DNA of 64,000 bases from Nageia nagi (lineage: Eukaryota; Plantae; Pinophyta). Below are positions 13,370 to 26,427 of this stretch, piece by piece. The stretch covers positions 93,434,001 through 93,498,000 of the forward strand of contig JBITNC010000001.1 of assembly GCA_050084985.1 (NCBI GenBank), read 5' to 3'. A model generated the notes under the pieces. It was not told the origin of the DNA, ran no database searches, and saw nothing but the letters and a program-made list of their open reading frames with translations. Both the position numbers and the translations under genes were made by a program. Positions within the stretch are counted from its first letter, which is position 1; each line of letters opens with the position of its first letter.

Positions 13370-16300
13370 GGAAATAACTTTGTTCTTAAAGCTAGAAATT
13401 TGGAAACTCCTACTAAAGCTCATGTACTTTCTCCCATGTTGCATCTTTAGGTACTATCCCTCACAATTGAATCAAAATATAGGTTATAGTATGATGAAAA
13501 AGGTTGATGATGCACTTGTCTAGAACTGATTTAGGTTCAATATTGATGGAGCCATCATTAGTAAATTCTGATAACTCTTATTGAATTTGAACCTATGATC
13601 CCACTAGTTTTTTCAAACATGAAACATGGAATACCAGATGAACCTTGGAAGACATTGGTAACTCCAACTTATAAGAAGTAGGTCTAATGTGTTGAAGAAC
13701 TTTTTAAGGGCCATAAAATTTTGGAGCCAATTTCTAAGGATCCTTAATATTGAAGGATTTCTATCTATATAGTTGTAGGTGTATGAAGATAATATCATCA
13801 ACTTAAAATTCATATTACATCTAATTTTGATCAACTTATTGTTTCATGTGGTGTTGAACAATCCACAAATTCTACTAAAGAAGATGAAGAATTACTTCCT
13901 TAGTATGTAAATCAGTATCAACTACTTGGAACTTTATACTACCTAGGACATATGTTACCATTATGGATGGTGCTTGATCTTATAATGCTTCATATAGTGT
14001 CATCTAAATAGTTGTATGGTATGAAGTGTTATACTACCATTCTACCAAAGGAATCCATTTTACCCAATGAATTGGTTGGACTAATGCAAAATAAGGCAAA
14101 TAGGATTCCAAGCACTTGTTAACAATTTTAGACTTTCCATTAGTCTGGGGTGATAATCTAAACTCATTGAGTTGAGTTTCTTGCATCTTAAAAAATTCTT
14201 AGTAGAATTTGCTAGTGAATGTTGGGTCTCAATCACTAAATATGGTAGCATGCATACTATTAAGCTTGAAGATATTATCAACAAAAAGTTGGACCACATT
14301 GATAACTTTAAATGGATGTACTAAAGACCAAAATTGTGTATACTTATATAACCAATCAACTACCACCTGAATAATAGATTTACCTTGATACTTGGTAAGT
14401 CCTTCAATAAAAACCATCAAGATATCAGTCTAGGTATGCCTTGGGATAGGTAAGGGTTAAAGTAAACCAAGAATGCCAACTATTTCACCCTTCTACCACT
14501 AAAAAACATCACATTTGGATACAAATTTCTTAATGTCCTATTTCATTTTATCCCAATAAAAATATCAAATCACTCTTTTATACGTTTTAAGAAACCCTGA
14601 GTATCCGGTTGATGGTGCAGCATGTAATTCTTGAAGTTATGCTTCTTGGCATGAAGAAGTGGATGATGCAATGCAGCCTTTAAAGCATAAAATACCATCT
14701 TGCCATGAGAAATTCAATTTACTAGTAGGATTACTATGAAGTTATTGAATTAATGCCTAAATTGAGTCATATTAAAGCCCTTCTTACATCACTTTCTCTA
14801 ACCATTGGGGAACTGGTAGTGAAATTGTTTGTAGTACTATAGGTTCCTCAAATTTATGGGAAAGAGCATCTACAATCATATTCTTTGAACCCTTTTATAT
14901 ATTATTTCATACTCATACCTCAAAAAATAGTGATCCATGTGTATAATAAAATCTTGACCAATAAGGTAGGGTCTCTATTTTTGAATTAGATGGATTATTG
15001 CCAACATATTCTTTTCATAAGTATATCTAGCCAAATTTCATCTTGATAATGCCTTGCTAGTGAAAGCCAAGGGTCTTCCCTCTTGCATCAAAATTGCACC
15101 CAATCCTATTTTAGAAGCATCATTATCAATGATAAATATTTTAGAAAAATTTGGCATCACTAAAAAATAAGTGGAACACATTTCCTCCTTCAATTTGTAG
15201 AATAATTCTCTAGCTGCTAATGACCAGTTAAAGGCATATTTTTTGAGTAATGATGTGCATGAAATCATGATCTTCCTATAATTCTTTACATATTTCTAGT
15301 AATAACCTGTTAGGACTAGAAATCCTCTCAACCACTTAAGTGATTTTGGAATAGGAAAATCCTACATGTCTACAATTTTATTTGGATTGACCTTGATTCC
15401 ATATTCAGAAATGACATGCCCTAAGTATTCGATCTCTCATAGCTAAAAGGAACACAAATTTCTTTGCATATAATTGATGATCTTGAATTAATTGTAAGGT
15501 TTGATCTAGGTGTGCTAAATGATCCTTCCATATCTTGTTGTAGATCAAAATATCATCAAAGAAAACTAAAAGAAATTTGCAAAGATGAGGGAGAAATACC
15601 TAATTCATTAGACTTTGAAATGTTGGAGGAGCATTAGTAAGACCAAAAGGAATTACTAGAAATTCATAATGATCTTCATCCATTCAAAAATATATTTGTA
15701 GAATATCTTATTCATGGAGTTGAATATAATGATATCATGATCGTAGATCTAGTTTTGAGAAGTATTTGGCTCCATGTAGCTCATCTAACAGTTTATCAAA
15801 GATGGGAATGGAGAATTTTATATTTTATAGTAACTTTGTTGAGAGTCTAAAATTCTATATATAACTACCAAGATCCATCCTTTTTTGAACTAATATGATA
15901 GGTGAAGAGTAAGTACTAACACTTGGCCTAATAATCCCTACTTCTAAGCATCTCCTATAGTAGCTTTTCAATTTCATCTTTCTACAAATAAGGATAGTGG
16001 TAGGGTTGAATGTTGGGTGGTTAACTATTGGGGATTAGTTGTATAGTGTGGTCTTGAGGATAATTAGGGTGGTATCCCTTTTGGTTCTTCAAAAACCCTC
16101 TCATGACATGCTTATAGTTTTTACAATTCTTCTATTTCACCTCCCTCTCCATCCATAGTCATTAGTTGTAGTGCAAATAGTTTTCCTACCATCCCATTTT
16201 TTTCTTTTCGAATCAACTTCTCCATTTGATGAGAAATTATAATTTATGATGGACCAACACATAATCCAATGAGATAATATGTATATCCTTCAACCATGAA

Positions 16301-17420
16301 TTTCATCCATAATTTAAGGAATTCCCATAATATAGGTCCCAATGTGCACAACCATTGAACTCCTAAGACAACATCACACCCTCCTAATGGAAGTACATAC
16401 ATGTTACTCTACATGTGATAATCACCCATGTTGAGATTAACATTGTGATATTTCCCCTTCTAAGAAATTCTACCTCTATTTCAAATAATTACTTAAAAAT
16501 TATTTTAAGGATATATAAAATAGTTATCATGTTTGGCCACATTAGGGTCAATGAAAATATATGTACTTCTAAAGTCAAGCAAAATAATGAGGAACTTTTT
16601 TTTGAAATATCCACAAACCTTCATTGTTTGAGGTGTTGTAATTCCTACCAAGGCACTATAAGAAATTATAAAAACTTCTTCCATAGTTGGTTTAAGTTCA
16701 TTAGCTTCTTCCTTAACAATAGTCTCATCCTTTGAATCATCAAGAACATCAACATCAAGTAAATATAACCTCTATGTAGTACACCTATGGTCAAGTGTGT
16801 ACTTTTGATCACAAATATAGTAAAGACCCTTCACTTAGTGCTCATTCACTTCCTCCTAACTAATTCTCTTAATTTAAAATGAATAGGTAGGTTTTGGAGT
16901 AGCTTGAGAACCTTAGGGTTTGTTGAATAACTACTTCCCTTGTCTGTGATGGGCATTGAATTTGTCTTATACTAATTTGGCCAATCCAATAGCCTGTATC
17001 ATAGTAGTAAGATTAAATATTTTAAATTATACATTAATGTATTCCTTTATCCCACTAATAAGCAAATCCTAAAACAAGCTTCATCTAATCCCTTTGTATG
17101 GTTTGCAAGCTTTTCAAATTGTGTCTGATATTCCTTTATTGTTGACGTTTGCCACAATTTTGTAAGGGCTCTTGTGAAATTCTCAAAATCACTTGGGCCA
17201 AACCTTAATAACAAATTTTGTGTAAAGTCCCTCCAATTCAAGATCCCATTAGTTTTTTAAAACCATTAGTACCATTAAATAACCTCATGCTTCAAATGGA
17301 AAGAAGTGATATTGACCTTCTGAGCCTTAGAAATTTGATTCAATGTAAAATATTATTTTGCTATATAAATCTAGTTTGTGGTATCCTCTTCATAAAATCT
17401 AGGCTAGGAAATGCATATAT
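13370..17420 (-). pseudogene. gag-pol polyprotein pseudogene with chromodomain
   Basis: gag: NWRDFTQNLLLRFGPSDFENF...KLWQT, then the knuckle KGLYYICDQKYTLDHRC. Protease: GGCDVVLGVQWL. RT: FGLTNAPPTFQ and VFFDDILIY. RNase H: DNDASKIGLGAILMQEGRPLAFTSKAL. Integrase: FIEGL...VVVDWL. Chromodomain: DATWE at ~13435. Confidence 0.92.
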
Positions 17421-18368
17421 ATTATTCATGTAAGGATGAAGGCTTGGGGGCCTCCCATATGCACCTGTTGCACTTGCATTTGAGTGTTATGCCTTTAAAA
17501 TTGTTGAAAGCTTGTACCTAATGTATTTTGGGATGAGCTTAGTTTTGGTGAAATTGTATGAACTTATGTCTAGACTTACATTAGACTAATTTGCATCATG
17601 CCACATTTAGTGGTCAATCCCATGAGCATATCTACTACTTTATTAAATCTAACATTGATGTATTGAAAATCCAATTGGAAATTGACTCCACCAAAATGAG
17701 CTCTAAGCTATTTAACCTCATGATCTAATTTTTCTAGAGTGGGATATTGAGATATTTTTTCTTCCATGTGAAATACAAGCTAGATCCTAACTTAATATTT
17801 TTAGTAACTACTATTTTTGGAACTAAAAAAGTGTATGGTGCTATATGTCAAAATGGTCAACTTAGAAAAATATCACAAATGGGATAGGTCTCAATTTGAT
17901 GATTTTCAAAATTTTATACTTGTTTTCTAAAAAATTGTTACCATAGGTAATGAACCAACTTTGTCAAAATGACTTAATTCCTTATGGTTTAAAAAATAAT
18001 AGCCTCTAAATTTCTTATCTATGTTATAAATTATTATTTTTGGTAAGAAAAAATAGGGTTTGATAAAGAAAAATGGTTGTTTCAGAAATGGTGATAGCTT
18101 GCAATAGTAAGGTCGATGAATAGGGAAGAAATGGATAGGTAAAGGGGCAATATATAGAAATGGTAGGGTATGAAATGAGGTCAAAAACTATGGTGGAAGA
18201 ACTTGGCAAACTTTTTGACAAACATTTGGTAGAATTTTGGCTGTAAAATGGGAAAAATCTAGGTTTTCAACTCGATGCAACCTCGAAGTTCTAGAAAATG
18301 TTTGGTAGTGTTTTGGTTAGAAATACATAATCTCAATCCTCAATATTCTCATAGGTACCAAAATGATA

Positions 18369-18379
18369 CTTTGATACCA
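18369..18379 (-). other. Primer-binding site (tRNA-iMet type)
   Basis: ctttgatacca reads TGGTATCAAAG on the minus strand, 2 nt from the 5' LTR. Confidence 0.85.
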
Positions 18380-18381
18380 TA

Positions 18382-18796
18382 TGTTAGTAACCAAATAGAC
18401 TAAAAGGGGGTTTTACACCAAATATCATAGGAAATATTGAAATATGAAATAACCACAAACTTGTAATACATCAAGTAAAGCAAATGAAATGAGATACTCA
18501 TATTAACAAAAGATAATAGAATAGAATAACTTTACTAGATAGAAATACAAATCATAATCCACATCAAGGGGGATTCCTCCTTACAACTTAGAAGATAAAT
18601 AATTTTCCAATATGCTCTCTTTAACCCTCTTACAAGTATTTATAGTCCTCCTACCCTAATTGGAAGTGCACATTCAAAATGATGCTTTGCCTTACAAAAT
18701 ATGATAGTTTAACATTACAAGCCAATATAAGAAAATAATTAAATTAAATAAAGCATAAATAAACCTAATAAAATGTTAGGATGTGGTATCCTAACA
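18382..18796 (-). repeat. 5' LTR of Reina-like element
   Basis: TGTTAGTAACC...GGTATCCTAACA is a direct repeat of 12943-13356. Confidence 0.95.
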
Positions 18797-21205
18797 CACA
18801 AATGGTTTAGGATGGGGAGGTGACCTAGGATGCAACAAAGGTTCCTCATGATGTTTCATCTCAAGTGCATCACCGATGACATAATGCATGGATGGATGTA
18901 ATGGATGAGATTGAGTGGTAGGGGACATGGGAACATCCTCTATGGAACCATCTTCTTCTTCTTAATAAGGAATATTAGAGTAGGTGACCTCTACAACTGG
19001 GATCTAAGACAGTGAGGGACTCTATTAGGAATATCTTATAGACCAAACTATGATATTTGAAACTCTTGATATAAAATTTGAACCATGATGTCACTCATAA
19101 ACATATCCTATTGAGATAATGATGTATCTATGATATGAGTAGGAATATGATTAGAGCTAGGTCTAGGATGTGGTACGAGATGCTCAAAACCATGTTGTGT
19201 AATATAGGATGGATCAATCTATGAAGGCTCAACCTGATGATGTGATGCAAGCTTATTGGTACTAGGAGGAATTACTATATGTGATACATAATATCTATGA
19301 CATGGGACCTAATATGAATCTATATATGAGGCACTAGTCCTATGATGTGTCACATGATCTCTCCCCTCTAGCTAAAGGGTGGACTCAAGAAAATGAAACA
19401 TCTCTAATACTTTCCCAAAAGAGAGATAGGGTGATGAATGAATAGGCTCATGCTAAGGTGAATGATGAGGTGTATGTGAATGAATACAAGAAACATGCAA
19501 TAAAGGAAGAAGATTTAGATTATTAATCCCATTGTTATGTTCCTTTTCTTCACATTCTCTATCCCTAAGTTGACCTCTAATTTCAACCATGTGAATGGGC
19601 CAAGTATTTTCATTCATGGTGTGTGTGTACATGTGGTCAATATAAGAGGAGTAAATTGATTGTTTAAGAACTTTTGAATAAAGTTTAAAACTTACAAGTA
19701 TAGAAATGAAATAGTGCAAAGCAATAAATCGATTAACATCAAGCCTAGATTTTTTTTATAAAAGATCTTATTTAATATATATACATAATTTCATAAAGCT
19801 TAAATGATAACACCCTTTTCAAAATATAAATCTAAATGATAAGAAAGCAATATTCATAGATAGTAGATATTATTTATATATCTAATTGCTTCTTGTTTAA
19901 TTGACACTTTAATATTTTTAATTAGGGTTGCTTTTAATGCACTTTGTAAATTCCAACATAATGTTATGTAGTTTTCCTAAGATAATTATATTCAAGTATT
20001 TTCAATGTAAAGGTTCAATCTTCTAAGGGTATGGAACATTATACAAGGGTTCTATGGTACCCTCTGTAGGAAGCTATTTTTAATAAAGGGGAGGCACCCA
20101 CTTCGATAATGAAATCAAAGTATAGGTTAGGCCATGGTGATTAAGTCCATGTGCCTTAGAAACTCCCTAAGTATGTTAGTGACTTTAGTACAAATAAGCA
20201 AATATGATGTGTAACACTATGATGAGATGCAATAAAATTAAACCCTCAAGTATTTTTCTTTTCAAATGAAAGCAAGCACTCCCACCCAAGTATGATAAAT
20301 TGAAAAATATTTTTGGTTCCTTTTCAAATGGAAAATAATGCAAAGATATAAAGTTTTTAAATCCACACAACAATCAGTAAAGGGGTCCCAACAAAAAGGA
20401 AATCCCTTTTGTAAGATTTGTATTTTAAAACCCAAAGTAGATTCTAATCGTGTGCAATAATCCCTCCCAAAATGTAATGTAAATTCATTATAAAAATGGA
20501 AATATTATGATGAAGAGAGAAAGAAAATTGTATATACTAGGTACTAAAAGAGATTTAAAAATTACTTCCTTAAAAATGATCCTTCTAACTCTAATTCAAT
20601 GAATACAAAGTAGGTTACAACTCTTTGTCATAAGATCATCCAACATAGGGATGACTGTGATATCAATGCAAGTCATTCAGATGATTAAGAATCATTAGAA
20701 TGATCATAATGTACTTACAAAAATTTTAAAATATAATAAATATATGCATAAATAAAATCTAGTGACAAGGATGAGATGAGTCCTCTGAAAAGGACACCCA
20801 ATTTTTACAAATCAAAACCTAACAAGGAATACTATCACTAAGTACAATTTTGGAACTAAGTAAAAATAATTGAAAACTTTCTCTAAAAAATATTATAGAT
20901 AGATTCATCTAGAAATAAGATGACTATAGAGTCATTTGGATGACCTACAAAGTCACCCCATAGGAGAATGATTTGCAATTAGGTTTGGTTGGTTGCATGA
21001 TGATTTGATCTATAATTAAAATGAGTCTTTAAGGATTTTATATTTAAATATGTCCATGCCCAGTAGCTTATTCTACAAGTGTCATAAAGAATTAATAGTA
21101 GGAACATTTCCAAATATGGAAAATATCCAAAATTATAATTCATCATAACAAAGGCTAGAAACTTGGAAAATACTCTTTATTTTTGTAAATCTAGGACCAA
21201 TAGGG

Positions 21206-21222
21206 TCCTACTGTGATTGCCA
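21206..21222 (-). other. Primer-binding site, tRNA-Arg type (Tat-like element)
   Basis: tcctactgtgattgcca differs by three transitions from the plant tRNA-Arg(TCG) 3' end tcccactgtggtcgcca (recalled, not looked up). It is followed by tt and then TG at 21225, the LTR edge. Confidence 0.65.
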
Positions 21223-21428
21223 TTTGTCTCAAAATACCTTATGAATAATTCAAGGATAAGTATGTATCCACATCTAATTTTTCTATGTGTGATAAGAAAA
21301 ATTGACAATGAGAGGGTTGAGAAAATATCCTTTATGCTTAATATGACAAGAAGATATATAAAACCTAAAAAGGAAGAACAATATTAAAGGGGAACTTTAG
21401 ACCATAAGTCCTTGGAACTTTAGACCAT

Positions 21429-21754
21429 AACTCTTATAATCCTCCTAAAATTTTATTCTAAACACTATCCTATAGCATAAATTTACTTCTCAAATTGGTT
21501 TTTAATCACAAAGAGGGAGCCTTCTATTTATAGGCCAAAATCCCTCTTTGGATCATCATTTTATCCAATGTACAAAAGCATGACATGCACATCCTTTTAC
21601 CCAAGGGGCATTCTCATTACATGGAGTGTAGGACAAGTTACATTATTATATTCAATTACATACTTAAGGTATTAAATTATACCCATAAGTATTAGTGAAC
21701 TTACATAGAAGATTATTACATAACCTTTACATTAATGTATTATACATTCCAACA
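21429..21754 (-). repeat. Copia 3' LTR, missing ~175 bp at its distal end
   Basis: Matches 29304-29629 (aaacactatcctatagcataaatttacttctcaaattgg...attccaaca). Confidence 0.93.
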
Positions 21755-22479
21755 CTCCCCTTAATGCAATATTGGGATAGAGAGAATAAGAGAGAACAAA
21801 GAGAGAAAGTAAGAGAATTCTCCTCCAAATAGATACAATGGAAATGAGAATTTTTTACATATTTATGAAGTAAGAAAGATCAAGTTTGAGACTCACTACT
21901 TTGCCAAATACAATCATTAACCATAATCAATTTCAATGTACATGAAATAGTCATCCAATTAGAAGTCATGAAGAGTCTCCAAGAGCCTGCATACCCGAGG
22001 TAGGTAACTTGTAATCCCAAAGGAACCTACAAGTCATAAGCAACACAAACAACAAGATCAATTAGATGTAACATATTCATATCAACAAGGATAGATGAAT
22101 CACACAAAATCCATCATGAACTAATTAATGGTGCACTATAAGTCATCATGAAGATGCCATGCCAAAAACTCATAGTCACCTACTGTATATAAAACATGTG
22201 TTGATTATCATTACAAAATAGAGCATGCACATGTGAGTTTCTCATATATGGATAATTGAATAGTGCAAAAAGACACATAAGAGTTTCTCACACATGGATA
22301 ACTGAATAGTGCTATATTGGCCAATCTTTTGCTTTAAAAATTTGTACAACAAGTTCCTCACATAGAGCAAATTTACCATAAAAGTGTACAAAAAAATCAA
22401 CACTATATAGCACAAAACCCTTCTAGGGATGAAGTTTTCATCACAAATAAGAATTCACCACAAGAATTCAAAATTCACT

Positions 22480-25400
22480 CCCCCTTGAGGGTAATTTCAC
22501 CAACCCCATAGCATCCCTAAGCTTATAGAACTGAGCTTCTAGGAGGGGCTTGGTGAACAAATTAGTGGAGTTCAAGGTGGATGGATAATACTCCAAGTGT
22601 ATGATGATCAAGAACCTTCTCCCTAATAAAATAGGCATAGATTTTTACATGTTTTATTCTCTAATGGAACATAGGATTCTTAGCCAAAAAAATAGCTGAT
22701 TGATTATCTGAACAAATCAAAGATGAGCCACCTTTCTCATACCCATTTTATTTCAAAATATGCCTTAGCCAAATGGCTTCTTGAGCTGCAATAGATATGG
22801 CATTGTATTTAGCTTCTATATATGAAAGAGAAATAGTAGGATACTTCTTGGAATTCCAAGAGATAGCACCAAAACCAATGCTAAATACATACACAAAGGT
22901 TGATTTCCTATCATCTCTATCTCCCCCATAGTTAGAATCTGAGAATTCAAAGAGAACAAATGAGGGCAACTTAGAATACTTGAGAGCAAGATCCTTAGTC
23001 CATGAAACACACCTCAAGATTTTTTTAATAGCATTAAGGTGCTCAATATATGATTTTTGAATGAATCATTCCATTAGATTCATTGCGAAGGTAATATCTA
23101 GTCTAGATAAATTCAAATACAAAAGAATACAAATTAATTGCCTATAAGTTGTAGCATCAACTAACTAAGAGTTGGAGCTTAAAGAAATAATGATTCTAGG
23201 AGAGACTGGGATTGTAGCATATCTACACTTCTCCATTCCAAACTTCTATAATATGTATGATATATACTTAGATTTACTAAGATAAGTACAATCCTTATAT
23301 TAATACACTTGCATTCCAAGGTAGTAGTGCAAGAGACCAAGATTAGTCATTTCAAATGTTGCTTTAAATTTGGATATGCACTCTTGAATGATTTCATCAT
23401 TGTTCCTAGTAATCAAAAGATCATCTACATAAAGGAGAATCAATACCACATCTTTTCCTTAATTGAGCACATATAGATCGAAGTTAGAAAAATACTTGGA
23501 GAAACCAATGTTTGCAAAATACCTTGAAATATTCCTATACTAGACTCTAGGTGCTTGCTTAAGTGCATATAATGACTTCTTTAGCTTGCTCACAAAGGAC
23601 TATTTGCCTTCCATAATGAACCCTTCTATTTGATTCATGAAGATTTCCACATCTAAATCACCATTGAGAAATGTACTCTTGACATCAAGTTGAAAAGCGT
23701 TTCATATTTGAACTACAAAATGAGCAAGGATAACTCTCATAATAGGCATTTTTCCATGGGAGCAAAAGTTTCCTCATAATTTACACCATATTTTTGAGCA
23801 AAACCTTTAGCTACTAACCTTGCCTTGTATTTCCAATATCTCTAATTGAATTGAACTTGACCTTGAAGATCCATTTATTACCAATCACATTCTTCTCATT
23901 GGGATAAGGAACCAAGTTCCAAGTTTTATTTTCTATAAGCACCTCATACTCCACTTTCATAACTTCTATAAAAATGCTTTGAAGCTTCTTTAAAGGTTGA
24001 GGGCTCATGCTTTTTATCAATTTTGAAAAATAAGGATTTATTCAAGGTCATGCTCCTTGTTAACCTTTATGTTGGAGAATTTTATTCCTAAGATGACTTA
24101 TCTACATCAAAATCTAACCAGCTAGGTGCAACTAAAGAATCCTTTAGTTCATCAACATCTTCTTTAGAAATAGATTCTTTAGGAATTTCATTGAGCTTTA
24201 CATCCCTTGAAATGAATACTACATTATAGGATGGAGAGTAGATCCTATAGCCTCTATGATGACTATCATAATCCAAAAAGATGCATTTTTTAGCTCTTTT
24301 ATTTGACTTCTACCTTTTCTCAGAAATAATGTAGGAGAATGTTTCACAACCAAACACCCTAAGGTGAAAAATGTTTGGTTTTCTTCCTGACCATACTTTA
24401 AAAGGAGTTTTTCTTTAAAGGGCTTTTGTGGACCACCTATTCAAGGTGTAAATAGTAGTGCTCATAGCTTCACCCCATAAGAAACTAGGAAGATTACCCA
24501 ACATGCATCTAAACATCTCCATAATTATTTTGTTTTTCCTTTTATTAACAATATTCTATTGAGGAGTGTAAGGAATCATAAACTACCTCTTGATTCTATA
24601 CTTAGCACATAGTCATCAAACTCATTTCTTTTATACTCTCCTTCATTATCTAATCTCAACAACTTGATTTTAAGATTAGTTTGATTCTCAACAAAGGCCT
24701 TAAAAATCTTAAAACTCTCAAAGGTTTGATCCTTGAGCTCAAGTAGATACCCAAAGGTCATTCTACTAAAGTCATCAATGAAGGTCAAGATGTAAAATGC
24801 TCCACCAAGCAACTTAGTTTGAAATGGATGCATTCAATTTGAATGCACAAGTTGAAGAGGTTGAGATGCTCTTATTACCTTATCTTTTTCAAACTTTTGT
24901 CTATGCATATTGTCAACAATTCACTTCTTGCATATACCAATTGAAGGAGAAATTTAAGAAAAACCTTCCATAACTTCTTGGTATTTCATGAATTGAATAC
25001 TCTTATGGTTAAGGTGCCCTAAATGTTGGTGCCAAAGATTACCTCTCGAAGACACACTTGTAGCAAGACACATCTTTGATAGAACTTGATCCACAATTTA
25101 GAGATCATCTTTCACTATCCTTTAACCAACATGGCAATTCCTTTCTTAATGCACTAGGATTGAGAGTTAAACTCAAACAAGTACCCTTTTCTAGCAACTT
25201 GGATCATGGAGAAAAGGTTTATCCTAATCTTAGGAACATAGAGAACATTGTCAAGAACCTTCCCATGAATCAACACACTCTCAATTCCTTAGACTTCAAG
25301 GATATCACAACTGCATCTTTTATATACTTGTGAAAGTTCTAAAACTTATCCTTTTCAAAGCATAAGTGATTAGTGAAACTAGAATTAATCAATCCAATCA

Positions 25401-26425
25401 AACAAAAAAGAGCAAGACAAGGAGTAGAGCACCATAGCAAAACCAACTTGAATATTCTTCTTTCCTTTGTAGTTCTTTATATTTCCATTACCTTTGTTCT
25501 TTTCCTCTCTTTTCATTTTGTAGCAATCAACTTGTTTATGACCTTATATGCCACAATAGTTACAATTACCATCAAACTTTTCCTTAGGATATGGATTGTT
25601 TGCTTTGTCTTTTCCATATCTTTGCTTGAAGTGGTTATTGTTACCATTATTTTTGCTACTATTGTTATTCCTATTGTTGCCATTGTTCCTATTGCTATTG
25701 TTACCATTGCCTCTTTTATAAAACTTTTTGGAGAAAGAAGAATAAGTTTATTTTAATGGTTGAAATTTTTTTTGAAAGAAGTTTTGGTTTCTCTAAGAGC
25801 AATGTTATTATCCTTAGGAGAAGCAATCAACAACTTATTGTTAAGGGTTTTCTCATGATTTAAAGGTACCTCGAAAGGTTCTCAAGAGAGAAAAATTCTT
25901 CTTCATCATCAAGCCTTTTTCCATAACTATTACAAAGTTTCCAACTTTGAAGAAAGGCTTTGAAGAATGATGAAGACCATGAACTCATCATTGATCCAAT
26001 TGCACCTACAAGCAACAAGTTGGGTCCTTAGGTTAATGATTGTGTCCAAGTAGATGGTAACATTTTCATATTACCCTTGATGAGTTTGAAGCAACTTTTG
26101 GATAATGGTAAACCTTCTTGAAAAATTTGAACCAAGGTAGATTTGCTAAAGCTTATCCCAAGCTTCTTTTGTCAAGGTTGAAGAGGAAATCATCAGGAGC
26201 ACATCATCTAAAATTGAATGGTAAATCATGAAAGTTTCGAACTCATTCTTTGTGTTGTAAGCCTTTAGTGCCCTCTCATATATAGGAGGTACAAGGTTCT
26301 CATTCACTATTTTCCAAAGCTTCCTTACTTGCAATTCAGCTCTCATTAAAGGGTTTTCCCAAATACCAAAGTTGGAACCATCAAGAATGTGTTTGGGTAA
26401 AAAAGGATTCTCCTATTTGCTACAT
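22480..26425 (-). pseudogene. Copia gag-pol polyprotein pseudogene
   Basis: gag: ILDGSNFGIW...MRAELQVRKLWKIV, then the knuckle CNYCGI*GHKQVDC. Protease: LIDSSFTNH. Pre-integrase: LWHQHLGHLN. Integrase: YILTFIDDFSR...LRLDNEGEY. RT: ENKTWNLV, LDVKSTFLNGDL, LYVDDLLI. RNase H: FSDSNYGGDRDDRKST. Confidence 0.95.
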
Positions 26426-26427
26426 AA

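Larger units (their letters stand above)
12943..18796 (-). mobile_element. Full-length decayed Ty3/gypsy chromovirus (Reina-like), 5.85 kb
   Basis: Two ~415-bp LTRs, a Met PBS, a PPT and the order gag-PR-RT-RH-INT-chromodomain. The TSD reads catga/cacaa. Confidence 0.92.
5711..21410 (-). mobile_element. Tat/Ogre-like Ty3/gypsy retrotransposon, 3'-truncated and interrupted by two nested elements
   Basis: Minus-strand order is 5' LTR remnant, tRNA-Arg PBS, long leader, gag, protease, RT, RNase H-tether. The motifs resemble the Tat clade. Confidence 0.75.

Noticed and set aside
21206-21222. tRNA gene fragments at the PBS sites
   Set aside because: Only 11-17 nt match tRNA 3' ends and they abut LTR edges, so they are primer-binding sites.
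25373-25756. 127-aa hydrophobic membrane-protein-like ORF
   Set aside because: It is the antisense reading of the Asn/Lys-rich copia gag linker.
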